Source: Schmidtea polychroa (taxonomy: Eukaryota). Taken from it: 64,000 nucleotides of DNA. The notes below the pieces were generated by a model. It was not told the origin of the DNA and ran no database searches. It worked only from the letters and a program-made list of their open reading frames with translations. Location: the NCBI GenBank assembly GCA_044892525.1, contig CM097888.1:45818001-45882000 (forward strand), written 5' to 3'. Of the stretch, positions 1 through 13,273 are shown piece by piece; within the stretch, counting starts at the first letter, position 1, and each line of letters begins with the position of its first letter. The position numbers and the translations under genes are program-made.

Positions 1-1260
1 TTATGTCTCTCTTGCGGTTCTTTATTTTGTAGTTGACATTGTTCACATCCAGGAAGTCTTGATAGTGTATCAGCATTTGTGATTTTTACCCATTCGCTAT
101 TGAATCTCCATATGATATATTTCTAATTCTGCCTTACACATACAGAATTATGATGTATTTGGAGAATCGCATTTTAAAAAACCATTTAAGTGCCTGATGA
201 TTTGTTCATACAATAAACTTCCTGTCTAACGGATAATGTTTATATTTTAGAATAAACACATAAATTGCTAGAAGTTCCTTCCAAGTGATACAATACTTAG
301 GCTGTGATTTGTAAGACATTTCGATCCATTTCGAATCCATTTTGAAACCGAGATAGTCCAGCACTGATGCAGTCATGTGAAGCGTCAGTATCAAGAATAA
401 AAATACCATCATTGATCGGTAAAATCATAATTGGAGTTTCTGTTAATGAGTTCTTCAGTAAATAAAAACCTTCTTTACCCCGTTCATTCCATACACATCC
501 ATTTTCTTTCCTCAGCATCGTCAAAAATGGTTCTGCTTTTTCTGCGTAATCCTAAATATATTTTCTATAATACGTACACATTCAAAGAAAATTTTGTAAT
601 TCTTGAATTGTTGACGGGATATTGATATTGTTTATGGCTGTACTTTTATCCGGATCCATTTTAATACCATCTCCACGTACGATATGGCCCAAATATTTAA
701 CTTCTTTCTGAAGAAAATTACATGTATCTGGTCATGGCTCCTTTATTTTCTGATCACGTTCCTCTAATGTTTTCCAAAAAATCAACACACCGTCTAGATA
801 AATCATACAAAATTCCGAATTTTCATTTTGTAAAATTATACTCATCATGTTTTGAAATGTAGCCGGAGCTGTGCATAATCCGAAAGGCATTCTTGTAAAT
901 TCAAACTATCCCCATCCTTTACTAAACGCTGTATTCTGAATGCCAGATTCGTTTAGCGGTACCTGATAGTTTCCACTAGCCATATATAAAGTTGTAAAAT
1001 ATTTTGCATCGCCTGTGAAATCAAATATTTCAGCTTTACTAGATATCGGAATTATCGGTCGACTTGTTTTCGCATTCAAAGCTCGATAATCAACACATAT
1101 TTTTTCTTTACGACAACAATTGGAAAATTCCACGGAGATCTACTTGGTTGTATGAACTAGGATTTTCAAATAACTCTCAACATCTGGTTTGATTTCTTTT
1201 AGTATCCGTCGAGGCTTAAACGCTATAGGTTTGGATTTGTTTCTTTCCAGAATGATAATT
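1..1260 (-). mobile_element. Ty3/Gypsy pol remnant (RT + RNase H), with frameshifts and stops
   Basis: Minus-strand translations across frames: SPWNFPIVVVKK, KICVDYRALNAKT, FEFTRMPFGLCTAPATFQ, IYLDGVLIF (YxDD-like), ILDTDASHDCISAGL, RKFIV, NADTLSRLP. Confidence 0.88.
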
Positions 1261-1559
1261 TCCTTTAATATGGCCTGTTTGATTACATTGAAAACATCTA
1301 ATCTCTGTTGACGGTAGCTTCTGCCCTTTAGGTCTTTAGTCTAAATTTGTGCCCGTAATAATCGATGCAATTGTTTCATCAAATTGATTAAGGCTTTAAA
1401 TATTTCAGGGCTTCAGAAATACTTTTTAAAGCGAGCGTGACGCCATGTAAAAGATAAAATATGAATCAACTACTAATTTATTGCAATATAAATTATTTAA
1501 TAAGTATGCGAGAATTAATAATCATGTTCGTGAACTATCCTTACAAATTATGTTTAATC

Positions 1560-2228
1560 GTCCTTTGAAGCTTGGTCCTAATTATAATCATCAGCGTTTC
1601 TCGACGGAGCAACTCGTACACTTCATCGACCACCTAATAATCTGACAGACAAATGGAACCTGTATCATTAGCTGCGGTGATTTTCTTGACTTGTAATTTC
1701 TCAATATCTGCCTCATGTGCTGGTGGAGGACCACTCTGTTCAAATTGATTCATAATATTCGTTACACACTTGTCGAAACTTTGATCTGAAAATATGGTTC
1801 TGACAAATCGGATCTAAAATCCAGCGGCAGCAATCCACCAAATAAATATGATATTAGTTGGCCAAAAACACTATCTCTGTTATCAGGATCTCTTGGAGTC
1901 ATAAAAAGGAACCATCATTTTCGTTTGTAGTACTTCCAACAGGAATATGACGAATAAGATGAAAAACATTCAAGGCATCACCATCATTTTCCATTAGGTT
2001 ATGATGAATAATATGAAAAGCATTCAAGGCATCATCATCATGTTTCATTGAGTTATCACGACTAATATGAAAAGCATTCAAGGCATCATCATCATTTTCC
2101 ATTTAGTTATCAGATTCAATTCTTTCAATAAATCCATCCTTGCACGTCACACATTTACCATCCTGAGATATGTGAACGTCCCTGTTGCATTGAAGAGCAT
2201 AGTAATTAGAGTTATTAATTGAATTCAT
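1560..2228 (-). pseudogene. RNF126/RNF115-like RING-H2 E3 ligase pseudogene, no visible introns
   Basis: ATG at 2228: MNSINNSNYYALQCNRDVHISQDGKCVTCKDGFIERIE (zinc-ribbon-like); then SDQSFDKCVTNIMNQFEQSGPPPAHEADIEKLQVKKIT; then truncated RING start GSICLSDY*VVDEVYEL. In-frame stops present. Family recognised from memory. Confidence 0.7.
1945..2102 (-). repeat. 3 x 54-bp in-frame repeat (MENDDDALNAFHI-type, 18 aa)
   Basis: CATTCAAGGCATC recurs at 1967, 2021 and 2075. Confidence 0.9.
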
Positions 2229-2426
2229 TGAAGAAAATTCGAATATCAATTTTATTAAAATCAAATAGACATCAAAATCCCAAAATTCGATGTTAAACCA
2301 AATATTTTCAAAAAAGACAGGAATTCAGATCCAACAATCAATTTCTCGAAAACACCGCTCAAAATCCTTTTAAAAACAAAACTCCAACTCGAACAAAAAA
2401 ACTTAAAATAATAATACACAATTATC

Positions 2427-2485
2427 CGCGTCTGTGTGCGCACACAAAAGCCTCCAAAAACCAGTACAAAGCGCACACAGACGCG
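2427..2485. repeat. 15-bp perfect GC-rich inverted repeat, 29-nt spacer
   Basis: CGCGTCTGTGTGCGC at 2427-2441 and GCGCACACAGACGCG at 2471-2485. Confidence 0.9.
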
Positions 2486-2940
2486 AGAATCGACAATTAA
2501 TCAAATTAATTATTATAAATATGTCAAGATGTGATGTCAAGGTCAATCATATGTTTGAAATCTTATATTACAACCGTCCTATAATTCACACCAATCTTGG
2601 GTTCAATAGTTCATCTCTATTTGCTCCTACATCTTTGACTAACAAGAGACAATTTGGTGTCAAAACCGTCTATATCTTACTGTCGAAGAATTGAATTATC
2701 AATAGTCAAGCATTCAATGAGCTTTCTATTTTTATGAAAACATTATTTGGTTCTTCCTTCGAAAAATCACTTGTGGAGCCCTATTTGCTGACTTTATTAA
2801 AGATTCATAAACCCATCCAATCATATACTAGTTTAAGTATCCACCAATAATAAATTCGTAATAAATGTGCAGAGAAATCTATATCGAATTGTGAATTAAG
2901 TATTTATAACTAGATTCTAAAAATGACATATAGTGATTAA

Positions 2941-3819
2941 ATGGACTAGCTGAAGACATCTCGTTTTTATCTGCGCTTTTATGGTTCGCGCCTTAATTGG
3001 GGTAAACCACTAGTTTATGTAAATTGTTAAGGAAATTTGTGAAACATAGTTTACCTATTTTCAAGGGATATACGTTTCAATGTTAACCTTTTAGAATTTA
3101 ACGGCATCAGCAAAGGTTCTATCAATGTCTATTTGAAGGCGGATTCGTCTAACGCAACAAACTATAATTCAACCGAAGCGGGTAAATTTCTAATATGAAA
3201 TACAGATTTTATGATATGATGATTTTATATTTGTTAGAAGCAAACTTTGAAGACGAAACTAAAAAGACTTTAATCTGGTTGGGCTATTTCAATCGGAGCT
3301 TGATTTTGGGGGGTGCTTTAAACTTGGATAATTTAACCGAGATAACTGGTTGTCTACATGAATTACGAGTCAACGATAAAACGGTTGCTACAAATCAAAT
3401 TGGAAGCCATTTCACCAATACGTGTTATTATAATTACACTGAGACCGTTTGTAGGGCGGACAACTGCACGAATAGCATAAAAGAAAATCATCGCCTAAAT
3501 TGTTCAATTTCATCTTTGAATAAGGAAAGAATTTGTAATCTGGGTATGTTTTCCATTTGGAATTTTGTCATTTTATTTATATTATTATTACATCTATCCT
3601 ATTTATATTATTTATAGGTATGGTCAGTTCCAAAACAAGTGGATTCCGGGACTTAGGTAACCCTTTTCATTAGACTCTCAAGATATCGTGTCATGCAGTG
3701 TCATTTACACGTGCATAACTGTTTTTAGATTTTTTAGTAGTTACATTTTAAGAAATCATTTCCTGGTGACTGGCTTTGGCCCTCATCTTCTTTCCATTTA
3801 TAAGCCCATAGAAAAATAG
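2941..3819 (+). CDS. Partial multi-exon gene with laminin-G-like, Cys-rich EGF-like and hydrophobic segments
   Basis: Phase-compatible introns 3002-3049, 3182-3237 and 3544-3617 join ...LNWVYLFSRDIRFNVNLLEFNG...LILGGALNLDNLTEITGCLHELRVND...CRADNC...C...C. The LxLGG...GCL..LRVN motif is typical of LamG. 5' end unresolved. Confidence 0.5.
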
Positions 3820-3829
3820 AAATTTTAAA

Positions 3830-4500
3830 GTTTTATAAAACTTCTCTAATTGTAATGCTATCGAATTCAGTAATAATTCAAATCGGGTTTCTCTAATGGG
3901 CCTTAAAAGTGTGTGACTTCGACACGTTGTTTTATAATGACATCAAATTGATATCTCAACTTTTGCACGTACCCCTCAATAATTCCAAGAACTGAAAACT
4001 ATAGATTTGCATCCATAATTTTGTCATAAAATGAATTTGAAGCTCTATGAAAATGTTCAAAGACAGCCGATCAAACCTAGGCCAGGACACAACACTTCAA
4101 CTTTTCCATTTTTCAATAATTTTATTGCCTCACTTTGTCTTTCTTGTTTTTTATCAACCTTTGTAAGCATTATTTCCAATAAATTCCTATGAAACTGTTT
4201 AGGTGTTTACATAATCTGTTAACTAATTAGTATTTTTTGAAATCTTGTTTCTGTGTGCTTAATTAATTTCATGTGAGGACGCATATTTGAAACATTCAGA
4301 AATAAAAGGTTCGGTTAAAGGGTAAACTAAAACGCCCTACGTTTCTAATTTGAACTTTTCTGCTTCCATCTTTTGTGATTTATGTGACTAATTTAGACTC
4401 TCTTTTGAAAATGCCGGCCAACCGTTCATTTGTTTCATCGGAAAACACTAAGAACCAGAAAGCAATGAAGCTTATCTGGAAATTAAATGGACCTTCTAAC
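3830..4500 (-). pseudogene. Possible highly decayed DNA transposase fragment
   Basis: Stop-riddled frame containing KLIKHTETRF, reminiscent of the hAT TRW motif. Weak support. Confidence 0.2.
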
Positions 4501-5689
4501 TACTGTTTGATAGAAATTGGAACCCGGTAAACGAGTATGAGTAAAGGTTGATGCTTACCATAAAATTCAGGAATAATTCGGTTATTTTGTTATATGTGAA
4601 TAAGTTTAACAAAATATTAATGTGCATACGAAACAGTCAATCTAAGAAATGTTCTTCTCGAGATTTAGTCACGTTACCAGTCAATGAAATTTATGTAATG
4701 ACCGTTGGATACATATCCCCTAATTTGATAGTAAAGGTGAGTTATAAAGAATTTATAAACTCGGTTTTATATGAATGTGTTTTATTTTGTAGGTCAAAGA
4801 TATGTGCAATTAATAAACATTATACAGTAAAAATTCGTTTATCCGACATAATCTGGTCTGAAGGCTTTTATACAAGCGTAAATGTCAGATAAACTATCTC
4901 AACCCGAATATTAGATACATTGTATTTCTTCACCAGAATACGCTAAAAATGTTCAGATTATTTATCGATAAAATCAGTAATCAACATTTGCCTTTTTGAA
5001 CTTTATTTATTTTTCTCTGCTCTCTTTTCACACCAACGTCTTATTACTATTATGTCCATAATTTTGAACTCTTTTTGATGATACAGAGACTCGTCGAATT
5101 TTACGTAATGATTGTTTTTTTATTTTGTTGACCATCATTTGATGCAGTGGAAGTAAATTAATGTACCCCTTTTAGCGTAGGCCTATGCTTTTCCAGCCAA
5201 TGGTAGTAGTTCTTTCTAGACCTAATTATTCAGAAATGATTTTGATAAATCCACCGTTTTCTAATCTTCTTAAAGCATCGATCTTTTGTTTTATCAACAC
5301 AATTGTTTTCTTTCTTTCAATTAGCATATGAACAAGCAAAATTTAAAAAATAACAAAAAATAATTCTTTGATTTATGATATGTTGTCTATATAAATTTTC
5401 ATAATATTAAAATAATGACATGAAAGAGAAGTTCAGCAAGAAAATAATACAAACATACCATAAAAGAAGTCTCATTAAAACAAATCCAAAGAGAAGGCGA
5501 TAATAAGAAATAAAAGATAAAAATAAAGCTTTTGCAAAAAGGATTTTAAAAATAGAATGAGAAATAGAAAAATTACATTTGTTGGGTTTTATGATATCAA
5601 AGATCAACCTTTGGTTACTCTGACTCCACGTGTTCCAAAAATTAATAAACACAACTCCCAACGTATATTTGTTTTATTTAAAATTTACA

Positions 5690-6480
5690 ATTCTCGATAA
5701 ATAACGACACTTTCAGTTACCCACAATTTTCTTACAATTTCCGATCGAACTCCGCTCTGGAAGATATCGACCTTGTACGATTTAAAAAAATTGTTTCACC
5801 TTTTTGTTTGATTCCGCTCTTTGATCCGAACTCTTCCTTTCTCTTCCTTTCTGACTCTTCAATTCCTCTTATAATTCTTTTTCTTCTTTTATTTTATTCC
5901 TCGAACTCCTATCGTTTGTTTCTTTTTCCCTACCTAAGGCTACCGCCGATTATGTGAATTTGAAGTTTCCTTATATACTCCCATAATCGATGTAATTGCC
6001 CCATTTTTGAGCTAATTGGTTTTGACTTCCTTAATTATCATTCTCTAATTAGCTATTTCTGTTGACCCTCTTCGTAATTCCCCTTCTTTTGTTTACCCTC
6101 GTTTATCGGGTTGTTTGGATAATTGCCCTCTGAATTCCTCGTTTGTTTATCCTTCAAAATTGCCGTGCTCGGGTTTTCTTCATCGCTCGGGTTCTCCATT
6201 GGCTCGGGCTTCCCATTAGCCAATTAATTAATTAATTAATATTTTGCGTTTTTTCATTTTGCCTGTTTTACGACCCTTTCTAAACATTTTCTAACAATTT
6301 CTTGCTCACTGTCTTCTTCACCATCCCCTAATCTACCCCTCTCCCGTTTTCCAGCTTCAATTTCGATAACTTCTTACTTTATTCCACTTCCTCGGGTTTG
6401 CGCATTTTTCCATTTCATGTCTGATTGTACCCTTTTATAGTTCTGTTTTTATCATCTCTTTCTTTGTCATTGCTTATCTG
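5690..6480 (-). mobile_element. Possible solo-LTR-like sequence
   Basis: Strand-biased purine-rich tract with a TATATAA followed by AATAAA on the minus strand. No TSD or TG..CA ends confirmed. Confidence 0.2.
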
Positions 6481-7052
6481 CTTGACCGCCATTCAATTTC
6501 GGTTTTCCTTTTAATCTGAACTATATAATTTAATAATTGACTTTTAAAAACTCAACACATTTGTATTTAGTTAAATGATCAAAAAAGGAAGGAAATGGAT
6601 GGAAAATTGCGATATATAATATGGAATCGCGAATAATGTAAATTAATTAAATTAAAACCTTTATAAAAATATATTAGAAAAAGCAAAAAAAAATTTACAT
6701 AAGAACATTCTATCAGTGTATAAATGTATAAATAAGGTATTCAACAGACATCATCAATCAACTAGATATATTCATACAAACATTTATTAAATTTGTATTT
6801 ATTAAAAAGCTTGACTATGAATCAAAAAATATATCAAAAAAACATCGATATATTTACTGATTCATATTCAAGCTTTATAATGTCTATTGAAAAGAAATCA
6901 GTGGTGAAATTTGAAAATAGTTCTTATAATTTATTAAATGGTTATTAGTGTAATCACTTTTATTCATTTATTTCATTATATTCCCTCAAGAAAAATATAA
7001 TAAATGACGATAACATTGGTATTTTGTATAAATTCTCTGATTTCAATAATAG

Positions 7053-7706
7053 ATTTCAAATGGATCGGACGTTAAAGCCTTTATTGAAACTGTAAATGAA
7101 GATATTAAATGGGTTAATGTTGGTTTTAGCTCACGAGAGAATTTATGTGAAAGGTTTATTGAAAACATTGGTAAGAAAGTAGATTGTTACATGTATATTT
7201 GCATAATTACTTATTTTAGCATTTGTTTATGATAGGCGTCAATTTGACAGTATCGTAGAATTTGTCAACAGTACTACACAATCTACTACAATTAAGGCAA
7301 CGGCAACGTTTCACTTTAATGGAACTTCTCAGAGAGTTTGTTCATTTTTTGTTATTTGATTTAATTTATTTAGTAATTGTCCTTTGCATATATTTTGTTT
7401 TCACGTATAAATTTATGAATAGTGTGTTTATTCAAGTTGTAACTATGTTACGCATGCGTCTAACTTTAATTACTATCTTAAAAGACTCATATGAATCTGT
7501 TTCAGCAGGTTAACTTAGTTTTCAATAGTATGTTATACATAGATTACAACTTTTAGTAACTTTGCCAGAAGCGAAAGGTTTAAATAAATCAGATTTTACT
7601 GGTGTAGTTAAAAGAATTGCATAATTTTACATATTTAGCATCGTCCTCGGAATTCTTGTTTTTTATTCTATACACCTCACAAGCTTTATTGTGTCTAAAG
7701 TTTTAG
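7053..7706 (+). CDS. Unknown multi-exon protein with hydrophobic segments (partial)
   Basis: Four to five open exons separated by ~35-55 nt GT-AG introns: ISNGSDVKAFIETVNEDIKW..., AFVYDRRQFDSIVEF..., IVLCIYFVFTYKF..., SSSEFLFFILYTSQALLCLKF*. No family recognised. Confidence 0.4.
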
Positions 7707-9049
7707 TATTCCATTGAAATTACAAAGATGGAATGACATTTTATGAATAAATGAAATCCACTATTTATTACAAATTGAAATATAATTCAAGGAGATGGTC
7801 TTCATTTTCAAAAAGTCATCAAATTCACCGCTTAATCCTATATAAGCAACGACATTTAAAACAAACACTAAATAAATTTGTTGTTGATTGAATATTTATT
7901 GAAGGGGATTGTGATATAATCGGCAGTGATAGTTTCTTTGGGGCAAGTTACAATATTTTAACTGCATAGTTCAAATATTTATTTTAGGAAAATGTTTTCC
8001 AAATGAGCTTGATTTACAATATGGAGTTCAAGGGTTGTGCTTATAGTATACCAAAACGCATTAATTACGGTACGTTTAACCATAAATCTCGGTATAATAT
8101 AAGCATAATTAATTTATATTTAGAAAAAGTAAACACTTGCTTGAAATAATGAGAAAATATACGGGCATTTACTATGAAAAACAGGAAAATAATTTTGGTG
8201 GGAAAAATAAAATACAAACACTCATACACTACACACAATACCTCTATAAATAATACACAGGTGAACAAATATTATTGATAGTACTCAATTATTGCGGAAA
8301 TTTTTAATTATAAAAATATTCAATTTAAGGGGTTTTCCAGTGTTTTCTCACATTCCACCTTTCCGTGGGTAGAAGATAAGAAAAAGTAAGCAATTTAAAC
8401 TATCATTTATTTAAGTAATTCCAATTTAAAAATTTTTTATGAATTTGGAAAATGGTGATAGATTGACGGAAATTATGGGAAATATAGAAGAAAGGCATCT
8501 AAAAGCATAATTTATAATTGAAATAATACATTTATAGTTAATTATTCCTAATTACTAAGAAATTAAAATTAAAAAAGATTGATCGTAACGGGAAAAGGAA
8601 ATAACTAATGCAATCACAAAGTAAAGAATTTCCCGAAATTATTTTTAATTGAAAAAATTTATAATAGTTTCAAAAATGTATTTAAATAATAACATAATAA
8701 CATAAAAAATTAATTTATATCGAAAAAAAGATGGCCCATTTTTAATAAAAACTAGAAAACTCCAAAGAAACGAATTATATTTCAAGGACATTATCCTCAA
8801 ATATCAATATGTCATCATAATCCATGTTAATAGCTTTATACGGAAACAATAATGATTTAATGATTCTGAATTAATGAGTTAATTAAATAATCTCAATAAA
8901 TTTGTTGCTGATTTAATGCTAATTGTGGAGATTGTGATTTAATAACCAATGCCTCATATAAAATACTTTTCCATTTATTATTAAACCTTTTATATAAAAT
9001 TTTAAAAGATTTTAAGTCAGTTGTACCTTTACACATATTCATATGCTTA

Positions 9050-9900
9050 ACTATGATCCACGCCTCTTAATTCGTTATGTTCCTGAATTCATTCGTGGAG
9101 ACGTCGGAAAAACTCTTCAATCTATGTGGCATTGCGCCCAATTTTTAAAATATATGAATGGGATTCATTCCAATATAAAGTGGAAGAAGTTAATTCTTTT
9201 TCACCCTTTTTAGATTTGTTAGTGGTAAGAACGGTTTTGAACCAGAAATATATAGAAAGTCAACGGATAAAGGTCTATATAATACTTCTAGTAGGTTTAG
9301 TGGTTTTCAATATAATAAAAATATGATTAAGAGTTTGATTTTTAGATCGTGGTCATTTTCTTCTAAGTTTGAAAAATGTAGAAAATGTATGCATAAATTA
9401 GTTTTGCTTTTGAATAAAAATGGTTATTCAAAAGGTTTTGTAGAAAGATTGACTAAGGAAACCATAGATCGTCATGTTTTAGTTATTCCATATTCGGAAG
9501 GTTTTTAAATGTTTAAGTTTTCTTTCAAAAAAAAGAATTAGGCATTTCCAATTTATTTAAAATAGTATCAAAATCTTGAAAATCATTAAATATGTTTAGA
9601 AATAAATCTCAAGCCTTAATAGGTTTAGTGTCCGATCTTGTGTAAAAGTTTTCATATGAAGGGTTAATGTCACATAGATTGAAAAGAATTCCCGTCGTTT
9701 CCGCACACGAATTCAGGAACATAGCAGATTGAAATGCGTGAGTCATATAGTTGAGCATAAGAAAATGTAAATAAACAAAATTTTCAAAAGGGTTATTTGG
9801 ATGCTATGGAACGCAATAATTCTTTATTTACTTTCATTATAAGAATTTTGAGGTGAGACAAATTTACCAGCGTAACAAGATTTTCAACACAGAAATAAGT
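9050..9900 (+). mobile_element. Penelope-like element remnant (RT C-terminus + GIY-YIG)
   Basis: FQYKVEEVNSFSPFLDLLV, YRKSTDKGLY, MIKSLIFRS...LNKNGYS, then a frameshifted GIY-YIG region ending RFRTRIQEH. Confidence 0.8.
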
Positions 9901-10514
9901 TGGTGTGTTACCTATATTATAAAATTTATTGATTTTTTTAATTATAAAAAATATTATTCAATGTATCCGTAAACAAATTTTGTATGTTGCTGGTTTCAAT
10001 ACGTTATCCAGTAAATGAAAAATATAAATAAATGAATGAGGATATTGTACTAAATGGCACATATAATACATTTTATTGTTATTTTAACGCGAGTCTGTTT
10101 GTTTCGTATATTTCGTAAAAAACGTCACAATATGTAAAACTTGCTGATTTAACAATGCCTAAATTTTAACTGTTACGAAACACGACATTAAATTTTAGTA
10201 ATATTTTATATTTCTAGGTGATGACTACAGTGGACCTCGGAAATTCAACAAATATTTTTAAGATTTTTATTGTAAGCATTGAATGACTATTCAAAATATT
10301 TTATATAATTTAATAAAAAAAACTTTTTAAATGCAATATCCTACTCAACTATGATTTCTTAAGGAGCCTAGTGTTTTAAATCAAAAAAATTAAAAAGTGA
10401 CTATATAAAAGTTTTATTTATTTATATATTTGGACCTCATTTTTAGTTTATTAACTTTTGTTTTCTTTTACCATTTTTTTTCTTTACAACTATATGTCAA
10501 AGCTTTGTCTAAGG

Positions 10515-10729
10515 CAGTGTTTCTCAAACTATGGGTCGCGACCCATTTTTGGGTCGCGAAAGAATTTTTGGTGGGTCGCGATGACTAGAATAACTAGAGT
10601 TAAATAGAGTTATTCTCATTAAATAAACATTTATTTTAAAATTAATCTTTGTCATGTGGGTCGCAATAAAATTTTTGGCATGAAATGTCAAAAATTTGGG
10701 TCGTGATCAAAAAAGTTTGAGAACCACTG
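10515..10729. mobile_element. hAT (Buster/Charlie-type) MITE, 215 bp
   Basis: TIRs CAGTGTTTCTCAAAC / GTTTGAGAACCACTG; perfect 8-bp TSD GTCTAAGG (10507-10514, 10730-10737) with central TA; GGGTCGCGA subterminal repeats. Confidence 0.93.
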
Positions 10730-11338
10730 GTCTAAGGAACCCAATATATTTAAAATTATTACATTTGTATTTGTCTCATCACTTTCCATCCGTCCATATC
10801 TGTTTCCTTCAGAAAATATTATTTTTTTATTGTTTTATCTCAATAGCTCTGGTCACTTTTTTAATTTAATTTTATTTTAGATAATTGATGAACCACTTTT
10901 ACTGTCATGGCTGGCATTGATTGCATTCTTTATTATGTCATGCATTATGTTTTTATTGTTTAAATTTTATCGAAATATTAAATAAATTCTATGAAAGATA
11001 TTTTGGAGTTTCTTTTAATTTTACCGATTCATAAAACAACAAAAAAATTATATTTACATTTGACTTTTTTTGACTATTTATGAAATATAAATTGATTTAA
11101 ATTTACAGAAATAATTTTAAAAATCAAGATAACCTTTTGTGATGCTAATTTTTAGATTTAAAATTGTGAGAAATAAATAAAAATTAATAATTATTTATAA
11201 ATAAATGATGATTACTGTTTGTTGTGAAATTGTTTTAGGGAGGAAACTGTGAACGGGGATAAATTTTTATAATAAGTTAATAATTTTACACATTTAAAAC
11301 AACAACAATTTACATTCCCACAATTTACAACCAAACTA

Positions 11339-12146
11339 CCGTATTAGCCCGAATATAACACGACAATTTTTAACATTTTATTTTTATTAAATTTTGGTTT
11401 AAATTAATTAAATTTATTGTCATGAATATAACCTATGTCAGGGATATTCAAGGCCCTTTCAATATCTTGGAATATTACACATATATAAAAATATTTGGTG
11501 ATATCTGCATAAAAACGCACAGGTACTTTTTTATGTATAATATTTGGCCTTAAGGCATATTAGAATAGTGTTTTTATTGTTTTAACGGTAGAAGAAATTG
11601 GGAATTCGTGTAAATTGCGATAGTTTTGCAATAAAAAAACTTGCAAAAAACACCAAAGTATTGAAAATGTGTTTGTAAGTTTGAATAGGAAACGGGGTTT
11701 ACTTAATATTTAATAAAATTAATATGTGCTTAAGTGGCTGTGATCATTTAAATTTCTTGGAAAATGCGTCTAACACCAGAAAAATTAAAAGAAAAAATGG
11801 CAATAAAGTTATTAATTTAAAATGCGCCAGGAAAATACATAATAATATAAAAATAAATGGTAAACATTATAATACTTGGTAATAGAATAACAATCACTAA
11901 AACCAGTTTATTTTTGTTACTTTGTAATCCGCTACAAAACTAACTACTTTTTAATTGATACGGCCCTCGATTGCCGTTATAAGAAAAATTTGGCCCTTCA
12001 TAATATTTAGTTGAATACACATGACCTATGTATTACTTTTAATTACCTAACCAAACGCTTATCTGATTGAATTTCTCTTAATTTTAATTTTTTTATGAGT
12101 ATTTTTTTCTAAATTCGGGGTCGCGTTATATTCTGGCAAAATACGG
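11339..12146. mobile_element. pogo/Tigger-type non-autonomous element
   Basis: TA-flanked imperfect TIRs: CCGTATTAGCCCGAATATAACACGAC on the left; reverse complement of the right end is CCGTATTTTGCCAGAATATAACGCGAC. Confidence 0.7.
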
Positions 12147-12229
12147 TATTTAAGAGCATTCAACTCGCAAATGTTCACATTATTTTGCACAATAATTTTC
12201 GGATTGAATGAATTTATCAACAAAACATT

Positions 12230-12840
12230 TCCAATAATCATTAAAAATTTTTAAATCAGATATGCTATTTTAGTTATTAGTCGATGCCTTCTATCAATAA
12301 TGTTCACGAGCTCGAATAAAGAGATGACGGGAAGTCTTTCCAATGTATGTGGCATTACACCCATTACATGTAAACTGATAAACGAGGTAAGAGCACAAAT
12401 TTTGACTTCTTAATAAATATTTTTTGTATGATTTTAGACACAATATATTATAATTCAAATTCTCCAACTGCTTGCTTCTTTTTCTCTTATAATTTGTAAC
12501 TTCCCTAGTATGGCAATACCAACACATTCACTATTAAATTTATCTAATTCACTATCCAACTTACCCACATCAGTCATATTACAATAAGACATTCTCAAAT
12601 ATGGATTCTTAAGATTTTTAATAAATTTATCAACAGTTTCTTTAATCATTACTAATTTTGAATAGCCATTCTTCATCAACAAACTAACCAATTTATCAAC
12701 TTTTTTTACTGAATTTTCAAAATTAGAAGAGCAAGAACGATAAATCAATCCATTCACCATATCTATTTTATTGTTTCTATACTTCTTCTGGAGGTTTTAG
12801 TGATTTTAAGTATCAGTGATTTATTCGGATTGATTAATAT
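12230..12840 (-). mobile_element. Penelope-like element remnant (RT C-terminus + GIY-YIG)
   Basis: ORFs MVNGLIYRSCSS...LMKNGYSK and YLVYQFTCNGCNATYIGKTSRHLFIRAREHY. Confidence 0.85.
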
Positions 12841-13273
12841 CCATTTTTGTCCGGTACGTGACGTTTCGGCGCCGCCGTTTAGGCGCTCTTAAACATAAAC
12901 TCACATTTCAATAAAAATAAAAAAACAACTGTTTGCATAAAATGAAGTCATTATCTGCAGTTGTGTGTAAACGGACCTTGCATTCGTTCTTACATTATTT
13001 TAGATTTTATAATTTGTAATCTTAAAATTTCAAAAGCAAAAGATTAAAATAAAAAATTGAGAAAAATTTAAAATAAAATTGAATGAAAGATCAATCGGTG
13101 TTCCAAAACGTCCTGCTTCGATTTCCGTCTAATTATCAAATGCTTTTGACAGTGTGCAATTAATGTGTATGTATATGTATATGGCTTTCTACTTATAGCA
13201 GATTAAATTTAGAATTGGTCTAAATAATAATGTTCTTTTAAACCTGTTTGGGATACCTAATAATGAATAATAT

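Noticed and set aside
12850-13170. Possible MULE/FLYWCH-type remnant
   Set aside because: Only a short CKNECKVRLHT segment and a GC-rich end; too little to support a call.
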